Source: an uncultured virus (IMG/VR IMGVR_UViG_3300042467_002204) (lineage: Duplodnaviria > Heunggongvirae > Uroviricota > Caudoviricetes). Taken from it: DNA of 64,000 nt. A model generated the notes under the pieces. That model was given only the letters and a program-made list of their open reading frames with translations, was not told the origin of the DNA and did no database searches. The stretch is taken from IMG/VR virus record IMGVR_UViG_3300042467_002204, one strand, 5' to 3'. This document shows positions 38,196-47,443 of the stretch, in pieces. Position 1 is the first letter of the stretch. The number at the start of each line of letters is the position of its first letter. Position numbers and translations under genes: made by a program.

Positions 38196-39275
38196 ATGCA
38201 AACTACACATCGATTTTTTCACAAATACAGCAACGTCGTACACCCCGTACGGGTCGAACAACCCGGTATAGTCGACGTCTATACGCAAGCGGAGAAGCTA
38301 GGCGGTACGTTCACTCGAATCGTCCACAACCTCCCCGAAAACTCCGTAGCTAATTTCAGCCCTTGCGTCATCAAACATAAGGACACCACCTACATAGCGT
38401 GGAGGTCCCAGGAGCAGCCGTTTGGTTTCCGCTGGGACAACAAGTATTTCTATTTAAACGACACACCTACAGATATTTATATTGGGCATTTAGCTAATGA
38501 CGAGACAATCTTAGGTGCAAAGAACATGCGTCCTAAGAAGCACCGACTCAGCTACGAAGACCCGAGGTTATTCGTAGGTCCCGATAACGAGTTGTACACC
38601 CAGTTCGTTGTTTCGGCTTACGCCAGTAAGTACGACAAAGGTCCGGAATCTAGATACGGTCAACCGAAGGTTGCTGTTTGCTACGTAGACGAAAACTGCG
38701 ATGCGGTGTCAGCTGCGTTTCCCCCGATCGGTAATAACCGTAAAAAAGGAATAGCAGAAAAAAACTGGTGTTTCTTCAGCAAAGACGATTACCTTCACTG
38801 TCTGTACTCGACAAGACCCTTAGTTATTGAGCGGGAACAAGGTGAAAAGTTGACGGTGGACACGTCCGTACTAGACGAAGTTACACAAAAATGTCCGACC
38901 TTTAACTCCACAGCTCCCATTAACCTGGGGTACGGCTACCTAGTGTTTTATCACTGGAAGCACATGGCAGCTACACCGACAGGGTTTAGCTTCCTTCTCT
39001 ACCATTTGGGTGCTTACATCGTTGATAAAGATTTTACCAAGATCCTGTATGTGGATAAAGAACCCCTGTTTTCAGGCTCGTTAAACGATCAGGTAATTCA
39101 GTGGACAAACTATGCGGGACAACCTGTGTCCACACAGCCCGCAGTAATTCTGCCATTTGGTGGCTTTATAGAAAACACAGATCTCGTGCTGTCGTTAGGC
39201 GTCAACGACGCATTTATGGGGATATTTAGGTGCCCGGTAGAGAAGATTATGAAGCGTATGACTAAAGTAAATTAG
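38196..39275 (+). CDS. five-bladed beta-propeller glycoside phosphorylase / mannosyltransferase-like protein (GH130/GT91-like)
   Basis: NFSP, EDPRLF, EKNW.FF, LYS..PL, LSLGVND motifs. Confidence 0.65.
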   Translation: MQTTHRFFHKYSNVVHPVRVEQPGIVDVYTQAEKLGGTFTRIVHNLPENSVANFSPCVIKHKDTTYIAWRSQEQPFGFRWDNKYFYLNDTPTDIYIGHLANDETILGAKNMRPKKHRLSYEDPRLFVGPDNELYTQFVVSAYASKYDKGPESRYGQPKVAVCYVDENCDAVSAAFPPIGNNRKKGIAEKNWCFFSKDDYLHCLYSTRPLVIEREQGEKLTVDTSVLDEVTQKCPTFNSTAPINLGYGYLVFYHWKHMAATPTGFSFLLYHLGAYIVDKDFTKILYVDKEPLFSGSLNDQVIQWTNYAGQPVSTQPAVILPFGGFIENTDLVLSLGVNDAFMGIFRCPVEKIMKRMTKVN

Positions 39276-39802
39276 TTCTTCTCTTCTCGCTCTAACGTAG
39301 ACCAGACCAAAATAGCGGCGTCGTCGACCAAGGTTTGCAGAGTGGGCTGACCATCGAGAGTCTGAATAAGCTCGCGAATACACCGGTCAGCCCCTGCAAG
39401 CAAAAGTCCACGGCGATCGAGACCGTCGGTAATTGAACGCACGGCTTGGATGTGGGACCGCAGCTCTTTCTGTAGCGCCGAAATTTTTGTCGCTGCAGTC
39501 GCGAAATCTAACATCCCCGTTGTAGTCATATCCCGCACGTTTTTAATGTCGTCGCTTATAGCGTCGATCTCAATTAGGAGGACTTTACGTAAGTCTTGTT
39601 TAGGGTACTTTTCCTGTACCCATGCAGTCAAATCAGCAATACTGCCGTTATACCCAGGCTTTAAAAATCGAGCGTATAGATACGACTCAATGTCACTTGT
39701 AGCATTCTTTGCATAATGTACAAACGCATCTTTTTGTGACTTGTCTAAACTTTCAAGCCACGATGCAACTGTGTCAGAACATCCAATAATCGACTTAATC
39801 AC
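39272..39802 (-). CDS. hypothetical helical protein
   Basis: 176 aa ORF coupled to the upstream gene. Confidence 0.65.
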   Translation of the reverse strand: MIKSIIGCSDTVASWLESLDKSQKDAFVHYAKNATSDIESYLYARFLKPGYNGSIADLTAWVQEKYPKQDLRKVLLIEIDAISDDIKNVRDMTTTGMLDFATAATKISALQKELRSHIQAVRSITDGLDRRGLLLAGADRCIRELIQTLDGQPTLQTLVDDAAILVWSTLEREEKN

Positions 39803-40575
39803 GCAAACATCCGCTGACCGGCAAGAGCCATACCGGCTCCGTACCGTTTCAGAGCTAACTGCCCTTCGATGTTACCCCGCTGAACAGCAAGTTGACTACG
39901 GGTATTCTCTTGCATTTTTGAAATATCTAAATTAGTACGCGAGATGTCGCTCACCATCTTATTCCGAGTTTGTGCGGCGTCTAGCGTAGCCTGAGCCTGC
40001 GCTTGAGCCCCAGGCTGGAGAAGAGAAGTCTGACCCGCAAGTGCAGTCTTCTGTAAATCTCCCACGGTTGAAGCGTAAGTCTTAGCCAAACTCGCCGCAG
40101 TCTCAGGACCAAGAAGCTCTGTAGCTAACTTGGCTGAGCCTGCTTTCGACTGAAGATCCAGAACATTACTAGCGTATTGAGAAGCAATTCCAGCTTGAAG
40201 CGCACCTTGCGTGGTGTCACGAGTAGAGGCTTGCTGAAACTGGTCGTACGAAGTCTGAGCGCCAAACTGAAGTTGGCCTTGCAAACTAGAAACATAAGGA
40301 GCCATTAAAGCCCCCAGTTCCTGGCCAGCAATATTCAGACGAGTTGTTCCCGGAGCTAGCGCATTAGCGTATAAGGATGCGAAGTCTTGAGTTTGGAGTT
40401 GTCCGCCACCGCCTCCTCCAAAAATACTTCCGACACCTCCGACAAAACTACCAAGTCCTCCCAGAGTTGAACCTAAAGCACTTCCGGATAAAGCTCCGCC
40501 TAAAAAGCCCGCACCAGCTCCTCCTCCGCCTGTAAGCAAAGGCATAGCAAGAGCAGTAGCAAATGGAACCGGCAT
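39799..40575 (-). CDS. probable internal virion / DNA-ejection protein
   Basis: Gly-rich hydrophobic N-terminus, A/Q-rich helical body. Confidence 0.6.
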   Translation of the reverse strand: MPVPFATALAMPLLTGGGGAGAGFLGGALSGSALGSTLGGLGSFVGGVGSIFGGGGGGQLQTQDFASLYANALAPGTTRLNIAGQELGALMAPYVSSLQGQLQFGAQTSYDQFQQASTRDTTQGALQAGIASQYASNVLDLQSKAGSAKLATELLGPETAASLAKTYASTVGDLQKTALAGQTSLLQPGAQAQAQATLDAAQTRNKMVSDISRTNLDISKMQENTRSQLAVQRGNIEGQLALKRYGAGMALAGQRMFA

Positions 40576-40577
40576 AT

Positions 40578-41312
40578 TTAAGCCCTCCCAGTTAAAGTAA
40601 TCGGCTTAAGAGCAGCTTGAAATGCCTGACTGACAACATTGGGATTCATTTGAGAGGAAGCCCAAACAGCTGAAGCCAATGCTGCCGCTTGAGTTGCATT
40701 TGCATTTATCTGAGCGACTCTAGCCTCACGCCACGCTTGGATATTTTCTTTTTCTATTTCGCGAGCAGTACGTTCTTTTGATTGTCGTTCAGCAAGGGCA
40801 CTTGTAACTATGCTGCGTTCTAGGGCCGCACGATTTTGAATATCACTTATAGCCTGCAACGTGGCAGGATCTCTAATTTTTTTAATCTCTTCTAAAATTT
40901 GTTGAAATTCGTTAAGTTGTTGTTGTTTAATAGTGTCTTGCGGTTTATCCCCCGTAAGAACCGGAGGAGCAGGAGGAGTATACGGACCTGCAGTACCACC
41001 ATACCCTTGACCACCAGTAGACGCGGGTTTTTTATCTTCCTTAGGAGCGGGCTCAAACCCCTTTGGATACCGCCCAGTCACTTTTCTAAAGCTTTCACCA
41101 GACTGAGGACCATAGCCAGGTATTGTATATTTAACATCACCATCGGGCATTTGAACAGGTTTACCTACCTGTGATTCGTCATAACCATAAGGTAGTTCAC
41201 CCCCAAAAACTTTTTCATCTAAAACGTTATAAGCCCGAGAGTGAAGACCGAAAGGGTTAAAAATAGTCCCTTCTAAAACGTTGTTTAAAAAACCAAGAGC
41301 ATCGGGATTCAT
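40578..41312 (-). CDS. probable internal virion protein
   Basis: 244 aa, GGAGG RBS, coiled-coil C-half. Confidence 0.6.
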   Translation of the reverse strand: MNPDALGFLNNVLEGTIFNPFGLHSRAYNVLDEKVFGGELPYGYDESQVGKPVQMPDGDVKYTIPGYGPQSGESFRKVTGRYPKGFEPAPKEDKKPASTGGQGYGGTAGPYTPPAPPVLTGDKPQDTIKQQQLNEFQQILEEIKKIRDPATLQAISDIQNRAALERSIVTSALAERQSKERTAREIEKENIQAWREARVAQINANATQAAALASAVWASSQMNPNVVSQAFQAALKPITLTGRA

Positions 41313-41321
41313 AATAACCTC

Positions 41322-41957
41322 CTATACAGCTGTAGCCAGCTGCTCAAGAACAGGGCTAGACGCAAGGTTTTCTTTAGCGTAAACAGTTTTTATGGCTTCA
41401 TTAAACATGTTTTTGGCTGCGTCAAAACTAGATTCAACACGTTGTCGTTGAATGTCCCCTAAAGAAGATAACTCCTGCTTTCTAACACCAGCCTGTGCTT
41501 CCATTGCACGTGCCATGTAATCAAATTCTTTCTCGGCGCGAATTTTTTCAATCTCACGACGAGTTAAGTCTTGAGCTTGAATAAGTTGACGCTCAAGAGC
41601 TTTGTTAATAAACTCATCCGTACTAGGAAGTTCGCCAAAAATATCGCCACGCCCGAAAATATTTGAAATAAAGTTATAAAGTTCTCGTTTGGGTATTTGC
41701 TCTAAAAGTAACTGCTCATACCCAGCCGCAGGTTCAGTACCTAAAAAATATCTTCCAACTGGAGCAAAACCAGCAGATTGAGGGCTAGTTGCTTGGTTAA
41801 CAGCACCAACTGCGCCAGGAATTTGATTAGCTAAAATTTCCGCAAGAATCTCTAAACCGGCTTGACCTGCAAACCGCTTAAGTCCAGCACCAGCAGCGGA
41901 AGCTCCACCAGCCTCTAAAACTCCAACGCCAGCAGGTAAAACAGCAGGTGCAGCCAT
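41322..41957 (-). CDS. probable internal virion protein
   Basis: 211 aa, A/G-rich N-terminus, coiled-coil C-terminus. Confidence 0.6.
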   Translation of the reverse strand: MAAPAVLPAGVGVLEAGGASAAGAGLKRFAGQAGLEILAEILANQIPGAVGAVNQATSPQSAGFAPVGRYFLGTEPAAGYEQLLLEQIPKRELYNFISNIFGRGDIFGELPSTDEFINKALERQLIQAQDLTRREIEKIRAEKEFDYMARAMEAQAGVRKQELSSLGDIQRQRVESSFDAAKNMFNEAIKTVYAKENLASSPVLEQLATAV

Positions 41958-42190
41958 TAATAAGAGGCCGGATTATCGAATCCGGTTCCAGTCCTAACCT
42001 TCTTAAATTGTACATCCTTTGAAGAACCTTGTGGATAAACTCCAAGGTCCTTCTGTTCCTTAGAAGGAAGCGCAGCAGTTTGAGGAAAAGTAGAAGCGAC
42101 GTACATGTCTAAAAAAGACACAGGATCCAACGGAGGAGCCGTCTTTCTTACATCGTTTTCCTGCAACTGGGCTAATCGATTCATGATCAA
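41957..42190 (-). CDS. hypothetical protein
   Basis: 77 aa coupled ORF. Confidence 0.55.
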   Translation of the reverse strand: MIMNRLAQLQENDVRKTAPPLDPVSFLDMYVASTFPQTAALPSKEQKDLGVYPQGSSKDVQFKKVRTGTGFDNPASY

Positions 42191-42690
42191 CCTAACTCTT
42201 GATACTCAACCGAAGGCGGAAGAGAACTATTTGAAGGAGCGTTTAATAACGAATACTGCCCACCGTAGTTCGGAAGATCGTATTCGGCTGGACGCTGACG
42301 ACTGAGGTATTCAGCTCCGTCTTCAGCCATTTGATTTTCGTTCTTTATAAACTCTAAAAATGCAGCGATAAGCTCGGGATCCTCCATAATAATCTGAAGG
42401 AGCTCGGCTGTTTCTTCTTCCGAAATATCATTTGTTACACCAGCCTGCAAGCGCCGTTCAAGCTGAACCTTAGCTTCAGGCTGACTCACCATCGGATACG
42501 CATTCAACGAGCGAGTAGCTGACGTATTAACGCCTTCACCCTCAAACCCAGGCTGAGGTGCAGGCATACGGTAGTAGCTACGCAGAATCTGCGAAACCAG
42601 AGGGGCGGCAGCGGCTTGCTCAGCTGGAGTCCTGGGAACAGGTAACCCAGTTAAGCGAGATGCGAGCTCATAATCGCTTGAACTAAACAC
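42187..42690 (-). CDS. hypothetical protein
   Basis: 167 aa, GTG start. Confidence 0.65.
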   Translation of the reverse strand: MFSSSDYELASRLTGLPVPRTPAEQAAAAPLVSQILRSYYRMPAPQPGFEGEGVNTSATRSLNAYPMVSQPEAKVQLERRLQAGVTNDISEEETAELLQIIMEDPELIAAFLEFIKNENQMAEDGAEYLSRQRPAEYDLPNYGGQYSLLNAPSNSSLPPSVEYQELG

Positions 42691-42952
42691 CCGAACACAC
42701 CACCATTACTGATTCTATTGTAGGCGTAATACTCAAAATATCGCCAGGCTGAACATTTAAAACGATACAGATCTTCTCTAAAACATCCGGTGAAGGAATG
42801 TATTTTTCATCCTGATAAATTTTCCTAGTTGTTGTTGGAGAAAGCTCCGAAATTTTACTTAATTTGAAAGATGTAAGATTTTTAGAATCCAACAAGGACT
42901 TCAGATTATTAATTAACCGCCCGCAAGATGTATAAGACGAGTAGTAGGGCAT
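42683..42952 (-). CDS. Cro/CI (XRE) family HTH regulator
   Basis: LK.LL..KNLT..KLS..SELS.TT...LEKIC..LNVQPGDIL. Confidence 0.85.
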   Translation of the reverse strand: MPYYSSYTSCGRLINNLKSLLDSKNLTSFKLSKISELSPTTTRKIYQDEKYIPSPDVLEKICIVLNVQPGDILSITPTIESVMVVCSGV

Positions 42953-42988
42953 CGTATTACTATGCTGCTAACTTTACATAGTTTAAGG

Positions 42989-43765
42989 TTAAAAACCTAA
43001 ATTTTTCTGACGAACAAACTGCAAATTATACGTAGTGAAGTCTAGAGGAATCTCTGCGTTGTTAAAAGGGTATTCGTACACCTCCCCCTCTACATGAGCC
43101 TGCCACGCTGGGCTCCACTTGGCATGGAGATACGTCTTATTCAGCTCATGAGCGATGTGGATTTTGTGGGCCAGCTCCGGCTCCGAACGCCAGGTCTGAC
43201 TCCCGTCCGCGTAATCCCCGCTTGTTTCACCGTGGTAGTAAGGCACGCCAACGGATAGGCAACGCTTCAGATCCTTATGCTTAAACCGCATACCGTAGTC
43301 CATGTCCTCGCAGTACGCCGGATACAAGTTTTCATCGAATAGTCCAAAATCTTGTACAACCCAGTCCTTCATCAAGAAGACATCCCAGCTTCCGTTTTCT
43401 CCGTGAACTATACCGATTTCTGAATCTTGCGCGTGCGCCACCATGCGCTCCAGAAACCCAGGGGTAAACATGATGTCATGATTCACAATGACCCAATACG
43501 GGCACATCATGTAGCACTTAATAATTAAGTTCCAGTATCCGCTACACCCGATATTAGAAGGCATGTGGCACACGACCACCTTCTTCACATACTTGTGGGG
43601 GACCTTGGTCAGCAGATCTAGCTCTTCGGTTATCTGATCGCGCCCGTTATTATCGAATACAACAAAAGTATCTACAGGATAATCTATGCTATACAGTAAC
43701 CTGTATACCCAATGAGGAGCATTAACACATGCTGTACCGATAACGGGTATGCTCATACCACTCAA
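42989..43765 (-). CDS. GT2-like glycosyltransferase
   Basis: VVFDNNG, NIG.SG.WN, IVNHD, GLFDEN.YPAY.ED.DY..R. Confidence 0.85.
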   Translation of the reverse strand: MSGMSIPVIGTACVNAPHWVYRLLYSIDYPVDTFVVFDNNGRDQITEELDLLTKVPHKYVKKVVVCHMPSNIGCSGYWNLIIKCYMMCPYWVIVNHDIMFTPGFLERMVAHAQDSEIGIVHGENGSWDVFLMKDWVVQDFGLFDENLYPAYCEDMDYGMRFKHKDLKRCLSVGVPYYHGETSGDYADGSQTWRSEPELAHKIHIAHELNKTYLHAKWSPAWQAHVEGEVYEYPFNNAEIPLDFTTYNLQFVRQKNLGF

Positions 43766-43799
43766 ATGCTGCTATTATATTAACACTTAAGTTTCGAAA

Positions 43800-44501
43800 A
43801 TGGCTACTTATTATTGGTTGCCGGAGAAAAACGAAGCGATTCCCACCGAAGGCCCAGCATTCTTAATGCATGATGACCCATCCGGTCGGGCTCAGATGTT
43901 CCACATCGGGATCCCGGAGTTAGCAATTATCGAATGGGCACGTCGATTCTGCGATAAAAGCAAAACCTTCATCGACTGTGGCGCCCACATGGGCTCATAC
44001 TCGATAATGCTGGCTGACGGATTTAAATATGTAGAAGCTATAGAAGCGCAGCGCCGGACGTACTACCAACTGTGCGGCAACATCTTCGCCAACGAAAAGT
44101 ACAACATCCACCCGCAAAACGTTGCGATCACGTCGCACCAAGAAGCAAACGATGAAGTAACCCTATCAATCGTTTCAGAAGATGGCGGTGGTTCAACAAT
44201 CTGTGAAACAAACGAAAAGGTCTTAAAAACGGAAGTCGTACGCACTAAATCAATCGACGGCCTGATGCCCACGAACGTCGGACTGATCAAACTCGACATC
44301 GAAGGCAACGAGTTAAAAGCCCTCAAAGGCGCCGACTGGACAATCAAACGCGACAAACCTCCCATCATCTTCGAGTCCAACAACACGCCCGAATTCCCCG
44401 AGCGCCGAACTGAATTATTTAAATATTTGCAAACTATAAATTACTCGATCTCCGAAATCCGCCCGTTCGAAAACATGTACTTCGCTGAGTTCAATCAGTA
44501 G
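43800..44501 (+). CDS. FkbM-family methyltransferase
   Basis: FIDCGAHMGSYS, AIEA, IKLDIEGNE..L.GA, PIIFE. Confidence 0.88.
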   Translation: MATYYWLPEKNEAIPTEGPAFLMHDDPSGRAQMFHIGIPELAIIEWARRFCDKSKTFIDCGAHMGSYSIMLADGFKYVEAIEAQRRTYYQLCGNIFANEKYNIHPQNVAITSHQEANDEVTLSIVSEDGGGSTICETNEKVLKTEVVRTKSIDGLMPTNVGLIKLDIEGNELKALKGADWTIKRDKPPIIFESNNTPEFPERRTELFKYLQTINYSISEIRPFENMYFAEFNQ

Positions 44502-44943
44502 GGTAATCCAACAGCACAAAATCAACCTCAGCTTCCCTAAGCATTTCTTGCGAGAGCGAAAAGCTCGTGTGCCAGCGATCTGGGATCGGGTGATTAGGTG
44601 CTACCACGCGGCGTATACCCGACTGAATAAGCAACGTGCAGCAGTTCGCACAAGGCATGAACTTCCAAACATAAATACATGCGCCGCGCAAACTGATGCC
44701 ATCCTTGGCAGCGTGAGCAACTATGTTCGCCTCAGCGTGTACGGTGCGCAGGAGCTTCTCTTCGCGGTTGTTGAGCCGACCTGGAAGGTCTCCGATGCGA
44801 TGCGGGAACCCGTTGTAGCCGGTCGCAAGGATCCTGCGATCCCGCACTGCGATTGCACCAATCTGACTTGACGGATCTTTACTCCACGAGCTGATGCACT
44901 CAGCCAATTTTAAAAATCTGTAATCCCACTTTGTATCGTTCAT
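44491..44943 (-). CDS. dCMP deaminase
   Basis: SKDP..QIGA, GYNGFP, HAEAN, PC..C. Confidence 0.9.
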   Translation of the reverse strand: MNDTKWDYRFLKLAECISSWSKDPSSQIGAIAVRDRRILATGYNGFPHRIGDLPGRLNNREEKLLRTVHAEANIVAHAAKDGISLRGACIYVWKFMPCANCCTLLIQSGIRRVVAPNHPIPDRWHTSFSLSQEMLREAEVDFVLLDYPTD

Positions 44944-44946
44944 CCG

Positions 44947-45339
44947 TCAATCCTCGTCGTTATCACGCGGATCAAACCAGTTACATTCGTCTGCTTCTTC
45001 AGTTCCAGCTTCTGGGAACTCATAATCACAGATGTTTTTACGGTAATGAAGACACCCGAAACACTTTATGTCGAACTCTGAGCTGCTGTTTTCTTCCACG
45101 TGGCTGTCGAGTAACGGCCGAATTAACTTTAAAGCTTTCTTTTTAAACTCAAGGGCTTCAGCAAACTCCTTATACATTTTCTCCGTCAGTTCAAACGTGC
45201 TAAACCGGTGTCCACAATGACCGCACTGCATTCTCCTTCTAAGACCAATCTTAGATCTGCGAATCTCGAGGACTGAACTACGTTGTTCAAGGCAATTAGG
45301 GCACGAGGTTTTTACTCGTTCGTTAATAACGGGGCTCAT
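44947..45339 (-). CDS. NrdR-like N-terminal Zn-ribbon protein (no ATP cone)
   Basis: CPNC....VLE.R....RRR..C..CG.RFSTFE; second Cys cluster at the C-terminus. Confidence 0.7.
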   Translation of the reverse strand: MSPVINERVKTSCPNCLEQRSSVLEIRRSKIGLRRRMQCGHCGHRFSTFELTEKMYKEFAEALEFKKKALKLIRPLLDSHVEENSSSEFDIKCFGCLHYRKNICDYEFPEAGTEEADECNWFDPRDNDED

Positions 45340-45355
45340 TTTCAGCTATTTAAAT

Positions 45356-45541
45356 TTACAGATTGTGAGGATCTTCGTCTAAAGTTTTTATATTCTCAAG
45401 AATTACCCGAGAATCGCGAGTTTGTTCATACTGTTTAATAACGTCAGTAATAGCCCAAAGCACGGAGGTACTGTCTTTATATGCGAGTAACCAATTAACC
45501 ATGTGTTTTTTTACTTCTCGATAAAAGTCATCGCTGTTCAT
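45356..45541 (-). CDS. hypothetical protein
   Basis: 61 aa ORF in an overlapping gene chain. Confidence 0.55.
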   Translation of the reverse strand: MNSDDFYREVKKHMVNWLLAYKDSTSVLWAITDVIKQYEQTRDSRVILENIKTLDEDPHNL

Positions 45542-45695
45542 GATTCAAAATTGGAGAAAGAAGTTCAAGTAGGTCTAACAAATACGCGGAAAACTCCACG
45601 TGGGTTGTGATCAGGTCGTCAGACGGTGCTGATAAATGAGGATAAGTATCTTCCCACCAATCTAAAAACGCTGCTTTAATCGATGTTTTGTTCAT
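45528..45695 (-). CDS. hypothetical protein
   Basis: Likely start MNKTSIKAAFLDWW within track ORF 45528..45752. Confidence 0.55.
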   Translation of the reverse strand: MNKTSIKAAFLDWWEDTYPHLSAPSDDLITTHVEFSAYLLDLLELLSPILNHEQR

Positions 45696-45966
45696 TGTTG
45701 GCTGTAGCCAGTGGGTATTCATAAATAATGTTTGACAGAGTGCCGCCAGCATCCTCTCGAAGATTCAGCTTTCGTCTGCCCTTGAGAAGGTAGCCCCAAT
45801 CGCGGGTCTCTGTCACGGGAATGTCCTCCCTCCCGCACACATCACACACATCTTTGTATACAGAAGAACATCCGACGCTATACGTCCCGTACTTCTCACC
45901 ACACGATGTGCAGCACTTGTACGCATCTTTTAGACGTTGTTCCAGGGAGAGTTCAGGTTTAAACAT
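45676..45966 (-). CDS. Zn-finger hypothetical protein
   Basis: C..CG.KYG...CDVCG...TE.RDWGYL. Confidence 0.65.
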   Translation of the reverse strand: MFKPELSLEQRLKDAYKCCTSCGEKYGTYSVGCSSVYKDVCDVCGREDIPVTETRDWGYLLKGRRKLNLREDAGGTLSNIIYEYPLATANNEQNID

Positions 45967-45985
45967 GTGACTGAGTAACTTAGTA

Positions 45986-46068
45986 TGCCTCCGGCGGGAT
46001 TCGAACCCGCAAGCTTTTTAGGGCGGCGCATTTTAAGTGCGCTATGTCTTCCATTCCATCACAGAGGC
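45986..46068 (-). tRNA. tRNA-Leu(TAA)
   Basis: Cloverleaf with anticodon arm GCGCA-CTTAAAA-TGCGC, long variable arm, GTTCGAATC; CCA not encoded. Confidence 0.92.
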
Positions 46069-46072
46069 GATG

Positions 46073-46145
46073 TGCGCGTCGTGAGGATCGAACTCACCTT
46101 CGTCCGATTATGAGTCGGAAGCAGTCACCAGATTGCTAGACGCGC
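46073..46145 (-). tRNA. tRNA with CAT anticodon (elongator Met or Ile2)
   Basis: Acceptor GCGCGTC/GACGCGC, anticodon arm TCCGA-CTCATAA-TCGGA, GTTCGATC; 1-72 pair intact, so not initiator. Confidence 0.9.
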
Positions 46146-46350
46146 TTTCGACACGCCGAAGGAACTGTTCCCGGCGAGTAGCAATAGCAAACTGGACGTT
46201 TGCTTTGCCTGAGCAACGATAGTTGCAATAGGGGCCACGGATGGTTGGATTGCGGTTTTTCTTAATCAGCCAAAGCCGGAGCTTTCGTCCCTTTAAAAAA
46301 AACTCAGTGTCGCAAGAAGGGCAGATGAAAGAAGTCTTTTGACCCGGCAT
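46108..46350 (-). CDS. small Zn-finger protein overlapping the tRNA
   Basis: CPSC..EF ... YC..RC. Confidence 0.55.
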   Translation of the reverse strand: MPGQKTSFICPSCDTEFFLKGRKLRLWLIKKNRNPTIRGPYCNYRCSGKANVQFAIATRREQFLRRVESASSNLVTASDS

Positions 46351-46415
46351 GAGGTGCGTGGAACCTCTGGTAGTAAACCACGCCGATCAAAAGCCCGCAA
46401 GCACCTGTGCGAGTC

Positions 46416-46733
46416 TTACAACGACTGCTTATAGAGCGTGGCCTGACTTTTGCAATATTTCAAGATGTCGTAGCCGTCGGCTCGCGGATGCTCGATTTGC
46501 ACCTGCGCATAACAAGAATCATAAAATTCCTGTGCTTTGCGGGTCTTTTCACTAAAAGCAGGAGCTTCCGCCAAGATGGGCACGGAAAGAACAAGTCCAA
46601 GAAGACCGACAGTACCTCCTATGGCTACGCCAAAAAAGATCCGGAGGATCTCAGGAGCTTTCCAAGCTAAAGCCGTGGTGGCGAGATGAACTGTGTTGGC
46701 GTCGAGTTTGAGGTTGGAGTTCGGTTTACGCAT
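46416..46733 (-). CDS. putative membrane-anchored protein
   Basis: Hydrophobic helix IFFGVAIGGTVGLLGLVLSVPILA. Confidence 0.55.
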   Translation of the reverse strand: MRKPNSNLKLDANTVHLATTALAWKAPEILRIFFGVAIGGTVGLLGLVLSVPILAEAPAFSEKTRKAQEFYDSCYAQVQIEHPRADGYDILKYCKSQATLYKQSL

Positions 46734-46825
46734 CGGTTTAGAGCGGTAGTGTGCTCACCAGCAATCCTACACTAGAACTAAACGCGAGAAAAGCTGGTAA
46801 CCTAAATTTGTCCTGAAATCCCATC

Positions 46826-47443
46826 ATGGTTTTTAAATTAGATAAAAAGTACCAGATTACACACGAGTGGTACCATCAACTTTTAAACGGCTACAAAGTA
46901 ATTACAGAAGAACCACGGGCGAGGAAACTAATTTTCGACCCGGCAAAACAACGCACCATTCTGGAGATCGGCGTTTACGAGGGCGCATCAACCTGCTGGT
47001 GGTCTGACAACTTCTTGAATCACCCAGACAGCAGACTGTACTCAGTCGATCCATTTACAGGAAACGACGAATACAAACAAAACCGCGCCAGTTTCCCCAC
47101 GCTGGATCACATCGAAGTGATCGCTCGTTCAAACGTAGCTAAATCAAACAACGCAGGCAAAGTTGACATCCGTAAAGGATGCTCCTGGGATCTATTTCCC
47201 GCTCTAGCTCAGGAGCTTAAAGCGGGCGTAGACATTTTGTATGTAGACGGCGAACACACTTCGAACGCCGTGGTACGCGACTTGTCTCTGTATTATCCAC
47301 TATTAAAATCAGGTGGCGCTTTAATCCTGGATGATTATGGTAACGAAGAGGTAAAAAAAGGTGTTGACGGAGCGCTAAGCGCATTCGGAGGAATAGAGAG
47401 CGCATTTTTCACAGGGTGGCAGTTGTGGTTGGTTAAGGCGTAA
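46826..47443 (+). CDS. class I SAM-dependent methyltransferase
   Basis: ILEIGVYEG.S, SVDPF, DILYVDGEH, LK.GG.LILDDY. Confidence 0.88.
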   Translation: MVFKLDKKYQITHEWYHQLLNGYKVITEEPRARKLIFDPAKQRTILEIGVYEGASTCWWSDNFLNHPDSRLYSVDPFTGNDEYKQNRASFPTLDHIEVIARSNVAKSNNAGKVDIRKGCSWDLFPALAQELKAGVDILYVDGEHTSNAVVRDLSLYYPLLKSGGALILDDYGNEEVKKGVDGALSAFGGIESAFFTGWQLWLVKA

